This document shows positions 59,219 through 64,000 of a stretch of 64,000 nt of DNA, piece by piece (within the stretch, counting starts at the first letter, position 1; the number at the start of each line of letters is the position of its first letter). The notes beneath the pieces are model-generated. The model was not told the DNA's origin, made no database searches, and saw only the letters and a list, made by a program, of their open reading frames with translations. The DNA comes from Dehalococcoidia bacterium. GTDB lineage: Bacteria > Chloroflexota > Dehalococcoidia > UBA2979. The DNA is taken from assembly GCA_963667465.2 (NCBI GenBank), contig CAXXDN010000002.1, forward strand, positions 1,504,001-1,568,000, in the 5' to 3' direction. The position numbers and the translations under genes are program-made.

Positions 59219-59273
59219 GGGACGCGCGTGACGGCTCGACCCAGCCCGCAGGGCCGCCGGGAAGGGAACGGCG

Positions 59274-59483
59274 ATGGACCGCCAGCAGTGGAGCACCCGG
59301 CGGCTTCTGGGTGGGGGAGTGCGCTTCCTGGTCTATAACGCCGTCGCCATCCTTGGCGGCATCGCCGTGCTCCGGCTCACGCCTGGTCCCGCGGCAGTCG
59401 CGATTGCGGCCGGGGTTGCCTGCGTAGTCACGGTCTGGATCGCTGCACACCTCATAGACAAGCGCTGGCCGCCTCGCGGCTGA
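59274..59483 (+). CDS. Small two-helix membrane protein, unknown function
   Basis: 69 aa, two hydrophobic segments, fills gap between co-oriented genes. Confidence 0.5.
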   Translation: MDRQQWSTRRLLGGGVRFLVYNAVAILGGIAVLRLTPGPAAVAIAAGVACVVTVWIAAHLIDKRWPPRG

Positions 59484-59561
59484 TGCGCCACGTGCCGCGC
59501 AGCACCATGGTGACGTTCGGTTGCACCATCCGCACGATCACGCCGGCAGATCGGTCACCGC

Positions 59562-60134
59562 GTGGCTGACGGCCGCACCCGCTGCGAGTGGGCGGCGGGC
59601 GGTGACGCGCTGATGCGCGACTACCACGACCGCGAGTGGGGCGTGGCCGTCCACGACGATCGCACCCACTTCGAGTTCCTGATCCTCGAGGGGGCACAGG
59701 CCGGGCTAAGCTGGCGCACCGTGCTCGCACGCCGCGAGGGCTACCGCGCCGCCTTCGCCGGCTTCGACCCGGCCGCCGTCGCCCGCTTCGGCGACGAGGA
59801 TCGCGAGCGCCTGCTCGGGGACGCCGGGATCATCCGCAACCGCGCGAAGATCGCTTCCGCAGTGCGCAATGCCGCCGCCTTCCTCGAGGTGCAGGCCGAG
59901 CACGGCTCGTTCGACACCTATGTCTGGGCATTCGCCGGCGGGGCGCCCCGGCGTAACGCCTTCGCGGCGCTCGCTGAGCTTCCGGCCGAGACGGAGCAGT
60001 CGAGGGCGCTGAGCCGCGATCTGCGGGCGCGCGGGTTCAACTTCGTCGGCCCGACGATCTGCTACGCCTACCTGCAGGCGACTGGCCTCGTGAACGACCA
60101 CGTGACCGGCTGCTTCCGCTACTCCGAGGTCTGA
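59562..60134 (+). CDS. tag: DNA-3-methyladenine glycosylase I
   Basis: RCEW, YHDREWG, LEGAQAGLSW, GIIRNRAKI, FVGPT, NDH...C. Confidence 0.95.
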   Translation: MADGRTRCEWAAGGDALMRDYHDREWGVAVHDDRTHFEFLILEGAQAGLSWRTVLARREGYRAAFAGFDPAAVARFGDEDRERLLGDAGIIRNRAKIASAVRNAAAFLEVQAEHGSFDTYVWAFAGGAPRRNAFAALAELPAETEQSRALSRDLRARGFNFVGPTICYAYLQATGLVNDHVTGCFRYSEV

Positions 60135-60174
60135 GCGCGCGCGACCCCCCTCGCGACGGTCAGTCTCGCGACGG

Positions 60175-61551
60175 TCAGTCGATTGCGCTCACGAACAGCG
60201 CGGCGAGGCTGAGGAAGCCGGCGAAGCCGAGCACGTCCGTCGCCGTCGTGAGCCAGATCCCCGCCGAAAGGGCGGGGTCGGAACGGAAGCGCTGCAGTCC
60301 CATCGGGATCAACACCCCGGCGACGACGCCGACGAGCATGTTCGCGGCGAGGGCAAGGCCGACGATCAGGCCGAGCGCGGCGCTCCCCTGCCAGAGCCAC
60401 GCCACGAGGCCGACCGCCACGCCGATCACGAGGCCATTGAGCAGCCCCGTCGCCGCCTCGTGCAGCACCACCTGCCAGACGTTGCGCCCCTGGAGGCGTC
60501 CGACGGCGAGCGAACGGATCACAACGGTCAGCGTCTGGATGCCGGCGTTGCCGCCCTGCCCCGCGACCACCGGCAGGAACGCCGCAAGCACCGCGACGCG
60601 GGCGATCGTGCTCTCGAACAGCGCGACGACGAACCCCGCGAGCAGCACCGTCAGCAGGTTCACCAGCAGCCACGGCAGCCGGAACCGGACCGAGCGCGCT
60701 ATCGATCGCAGGTCCTCGTCCTCGTGGACGCCAACCTGCCGGAACATGTCCTCGGTGGCCTCGTCCTCGAGCACGTCGATCAGGTCGTCGGCGGTGATCG
60801 CGCCGAGCAGGCGCCCGTCGTCATCGACGACAGGCAGGGAGAGCAGCTTGTACTGCTTGAGCACGCGCGCCGCCTCCTCCTGGTCGGTGGCGGCGGTCAC
60901 GGATACCACGTCACGCGCGGCGAGTTCGGCGATCGGCGTTTCGGGAGGAGCGATCAGCAGGGAGCGCAGGTTGACGACGCCCGCGAGGCGGCCGTCCGCG
61001 TCGGTGACGTAGATATAGAAGGGCTGCGTCGCGTCGGGGCGGAGCGCGCGCAGCTCGTCGATCGCCTCGCCGGCGAGCAGCTCGGGCGGCATCGCGATGC
61101 GCTGCCCGGTCATGCGGCCGCCGGCGCTCTCCTCCTCGTGCGCCATGAGGTGGTCGATCGCGTGCTGCTGCCGCTCGGAGAGCGCAGCCAGCACTTGCTG
61201 GCCCATCTCCTCCGGGAGGTCCTGGACGATGTCCGTTGCCACATCGTCGGCGACGCCGTCCAGCACCTGCGCGATGCGTTCCGGTGCGAGGCCGACGAGC
61301 AGGTCCTCGCGGTAGTGCGGCTCCAGGTAGGCAATCGCGGCGCCCAGCTCGCGCGGCGCCAGGCGCTGCACCAGCAGCGCGCTGACCTCGAGATCGATGC
61401 CGGCGAAAGCATCCGCCAGCTGCGCGGGGTGCAGCTCGCGGGCGAGCGTGAGCGCGGCGAGCTGGTCCCCGGCCTCGATGTGCCGCGCCATCGCCCCGGC
61501 AGCGTCGAACGCAGGGGAACCCCCGGCGCGGCCGGCGGTCTCGGTGGTCAT
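60175..61551 (-). CDS. mgtE: Magnesium transporter MgtE
   Basis: MgtE N-domain, CBS pair, RLPWL, GGNAGIQ, DPA, TTATD. Confidence 0.94.
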   Translation of the reverse strand: MTTETAGRAGGSPAFDAAGAMARHIEAGDQLAALTLARELHPAQLADAFAGIDLEVSALLVQRLAPRELGAAIAYLEPHYREDLLVGLAPERIAQVLDGVADDVATDIVQDLPEEMGQQVLAALSERQQHAIDHLMAHEEESAGGRMTGQRIAMPPELLAGEAIDELRALRPDATQPFYIYVTDADGRLAGVVNLRSLLIAPPETPIAELAARDVVSVTAATDQEEAARVLKQYKLLSLPVVDDDGRLLGAITADDLIDVLEDEATEDMFRQVGVHEDEDLRSIARSVRFRLPWLLVNLLTVLLAGFVVALFESTIARVAVLAAFLPVVAGQGGNAGIQTLTVVIRSLAVGRLQGRNVWQVVLHEAATGLLNGLVIGVAVGLVAWLWQGSAALGLIVGLALAANMLVGVVAGVLIPMGLQRFRSDPALSAGIWLTTATDVLGFAGFLSLAALFVSAID

Positions 61552-61608
61552 GCGAGCGCCCTCATGCGGCGATTGTATGCAGCGGGCTGCGCCGGGCCGG
61601 GCGCGTCG

Positions 61609-62079
61609 TCAGCGGCGTCCGCCGAAGAAGCGGCGCACGGAGCCCCAGGCCCCGCCTCCGCCCCGCCCCCCGAGGCCGTCGAGGAAGTCGCCCCACGCTG
61701 CCTCGGCGGAGAGGGAGCGCTCCAGGCCACGCACACGCTCGTCGATGATGTCGCGTACGCGGCCTTCCTCGCCGGCGTCGAGCCAGAAGCCATGCTCTTC
61801 GCGGCACGTGTCGAGTTCCAGGTCGTAGGCGCGGTAGTTGAAGGCGGCCATCCGCTCGCCGCAGACGGGACAGTCCAGGTCCGAGTCGCGTTCCGAGTAG
61901 CGGATCGTGCCGCGGCGCTCGTCCTCGTCCGCCCTTGTCGCCTCGAGTTCGTCGAGCTCGTGATGGTCCAGCCAGCGCCCGTTGCAGGCGCCACAGTGGT
62001 CGACCTCGATGCCGTGCATGTGCTCGACGATCAGGTCGGACCCGTCACGCGGGCATTGCAGGGCGGGGTTCGGCGACAT
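61609..62079 (-). CDS. Protein with two zf-TFIIB-like zinc ribbons
   Basis: CPRD...DHCGACNGRWLD and CPVC...DTCREEHGFWLDAGE; ATG 62079. Confidence 0.8.
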   Translation of the reverse strand: MSPNPALQCPRDGSDLIVEHMHGIEVDHCGACNGRWLDHHELDELEATRADEDERRGTIRYSERDSDLDCPVCGERMAAFNYRAYDLELDTCREEHGFWLDAGEEGRVRDIIDERVRGLERSLSAEAAWGDFLDGLGGRGGGGAWGSVRRFFGGRR

Positions 62080-62220
62080 GCTTGGCCTCGATTCGGAGAG
62101 CGTCCCGAGGGGCTCCGGCCGCCCCCGCCGGGGTGGCGCTCGGCGGCGCGGTCCGGTATCTCTCAGTCTACCAGTGCGGCCGGCCAACCTCCGCCGCAGC
62201 GCCTCTGAGAGGATGCGACC

Positions 62221-62724
62221 ATGACGACCAGTTCCTCCGGCGTCGATACCCGCATGTTCCGCAATGTCTGCGGCAACTTCGCGACCGGCGTCTCCGTGAT
62301 CACGATGATCGGCGACGATGGTCCGCGCGGCCTGACGGCGAACGCGATCTCCGCGCTCTCGCTGGAGCCGACGCTCTTCCTCGTTTGCGTCGACCTCAAG
62401 GCCACCTCCTACCCGGTGATCGACCAGGCGGGCAAGTTCGCGATCAACATCCTGGCCGACGACCAGGAGTCCGTCTGCAACTTCTTCGCCGGCACCACCT
62501 CGCCCGACAACCCGATGGGCGACACGGCGTACCACCTGAGCGACCTCGGCTCGCCGCTGATCGAGGGGTCCATCGCCTGGCTGGACTGCCGCACGCACAA
62601 CATCCTCGACGGCGGCGACCACAAGATCTTCGTCGGCGAGGTCGCCAGTTGCGAGATCGTCCGCCCGGACGCGGACCCGCTGCTCTTCTTCCGCGGCAAG
62701 TACCGCGCCATCGCCCCGCAGTAG
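62221..62724 (+). CDS. Flavin reductase (HpaC/HsaB-like)
   Basis: FATGVSVIT, SLEP, GGDHKIFVGEV, PLLFFRGKY. Confidence 0.93.
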   Translation: MTTSSSGVDTRMFRNVCGNFATGVSVITMIGDDGPRGLTANAISALSLEPTLFLVCVDLKATSYPVIDQAGKFAINILADDQESVCNFFAGTTSPDNPMGDTAYHLSDLGSPLIEGSIAWLDCRTHNILDGGDHKIFVGEVASCEIVRPDADPLLFFRGKYRAIAPQ

Positions 62725-62823
62725 CCGTCGCGGCAGGGACCAAACCGGCTCCTGCGTCCCTCGCCGGTGAGTGCGGGGCGCTGATACACTCGATCTGCGC
62801 GGCCCGTGGCCGCGGCGCGGCGT

Positions 62824-62901
62824 GGTGGGTGTCGCCTAGCGGTCAAAGGCGCCAGGTTGTGGCCCTGGAGATCGGGGGTTCAAATCCCCTCACCCACCCC
62901 A
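62824..62901 (+). tRNA. tRNA-His (anticodon GUG)
   Basis: 8-bp GGTGGGTG/CACCCACC acceptor including G-1, CCAGG-TTGTGGC-CCTGG anticodon arm, TTCAAAT T loop, encoded CCA. Confidence 0.95.
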
Positions 62902-62961
62902 TCCATCGCACTGCTCGGGCTTGCGGTGACTGGCGTTCCGCTCGCATGGACAGGACTCCTG

Positions 62962-64000
62962 ATGCGACGAGCGCGCACCGCCGGCGCGGCCATACTTGCC
63001 CTGCTGTTCGCCGTGCTGATCGCCGCCTGCCAGGACGGCGAGGGGCCGGCGGCCGAGCCGTCCGCGACCGACGCCGAGGTGGGCGCCGCCGTCGCCGCCC
63101 GGCTGATGACCGTCGGCGAGCCGCTCGGCACCATCGTCGAGTCGCGGGCCGCGGCCATCGTCCCCGGCCTCCAGGTGGCGCTAAACCCGACCGTCGTCGC
63201 GGTCATCTCCAGCGCCGTCGAGGCCGCCGACGAGCGCCTCAGCTCCATCGCCGAGGTCGCGGGCATGGAACCCGCGGCCTTCGCCGAGCTCTGGGACGCC
63301 GACCGCAACGACGCCTTCGCGCGCTTCGCCGCGGGCATCGCAGCGGCCGAAGACCCGAGCGCCATCGCCGACGATCTGTTCATCGACCTGCCCGTCGCGC
63401 TGCCGGTGCACCCCGAGGGTGAACTCCTCGGATCAGTCTTGACGCGGCGGACGAACGGCGAGCTCGAGTTCTTCATCGTCTACGACACGCCCGGCGCGCA
63501 AATCGATGCCGAGCGGCTCGTCGGCGAGCAGGTGGACCAGTCGCCGTGGCAGGTGACGGGCGCCAGCTCGAACGAGGACCTCGGCGTCTTCCAGTTCCAG
63601 AACACGATCAGCGCCGACGTCACCGGCCTCGCCTGGATCCTGCCGCGCACGCCCGATCCGGACGCGCCGGACGATGCAACCGAGGCAGAGGGGAACGGCG
63701 ACGGCGACGCTGCCGGGGATGGCGCCGCTGTCACGGCGGAGCCGGACCCCAGCTCGACGGTCATCTACCTGATCCAGACCCAGCCCGCGATCCCGCCGGA
63801 GGAGCCCGAGTACGAACTGCCGGAGTATGGACGGACGCTGCCCGACCGGTTCCCCGCCGCCTCCCTGATCGAGGGCGACCAGATCGTGACGGAGCTGTTC
63901 TGGAGCAGCCAGCCCGGCGCCTCCGGGTACCAGCTGACGGTACTCGCGGCAGGATCATCGTTCGAGATCGCGGACCTCTACCGCGAGCGGATCGAAGCCG
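62962..64000 (+). CDS. Acidic lipoprotein of unknown function (runs off window)
   Basis: MRRARTAGAAILALLFAVLIAAC lipobox; frame open to window end, so absent from the ORF track. Confidence 0.7.
   Translation, partial: MRRARTAGAAILALLFAVLIAACQDGEGPAAEPSATDAEVGAAVAARLMTVGEPLGTIVESRAAAIVPGLQVALNPTVVAVISSAVEAADERLSSIAEVAGMEPAAFAELWDADRNDAFARFAAGIAAAEDPSAIADDLFIDLPVALPVHPEGELLGSVLTRRTNGELEFFIVYDTPGAQIDAERLVGEQVDQSPWQVTGASSNEDLGVFQFQNTISADVTGLAWILPRTPDPDAPDDATEAEGNGDGDAAGDGAAVTAEPDPSSTVIYLIQTQPAIPPEEPEYELPEYGRTLPDRFPAASLIEGDQIVTELFWSSQPGASGYQLTVLAAGSSFEIADLYRERIEA

Noticed and set aside
47059-62901. Genomic island anchored at tRNA-Sec or tRNA-His
   Set aside because: No integrase, no duplicated tRNA 3' end noticed, and ordinary metabolic genes follow; sequence beyond the window edge cannot be assessed

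Overview
High-GC chromosomal backbone, most consistent with a Chloroflexota (Dehalococcoidia-like) bacterium; this taxonomy is inferred from gene content only. The window holds six class III (CaiB/BaiF) CoA-transferase genes with hot-dog dehydratases and beta-oxidation genes, a complete H+-type F1Fo ATP synthase operon followed by murA and mreB, rex, pabB/pabC, pyrF, murI, a MoxR/DUF58/DUF4129 trio, transporters, tRNA-Sec and tRNA-His. Main findings: (1) an NAD-linked formate dehydrogenase whose catalytic subunit reads through an in-frame UGA as selenocysteine, with a SECIS hairpin 11 nt downstream and selC 33 kb away, and whose N-terminal Fe-S module is a separate downstream gene; (2) a ~400-nt non-coding stretch between atpC and murA whose two ends base-pair, enclosing a multibranch core with a nested REP-like cluster, a candidate undescribed structured RNA; (3) a two-domain blue-copper lipoprotein with a long ligand loop, a structured leader and a His/Cys-rich lipoprotein neighbour; (4) Asp-type MurA, signal peptides on ATP synthase subunits c and b, a Rex-like box upstream of atp, and an internal twin-arginine motif in a Mo-enzyme. 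No CRISPR array, transposase, integrase or rRNA was seen. All family assignments come from motif recognition by eye, not database searches.
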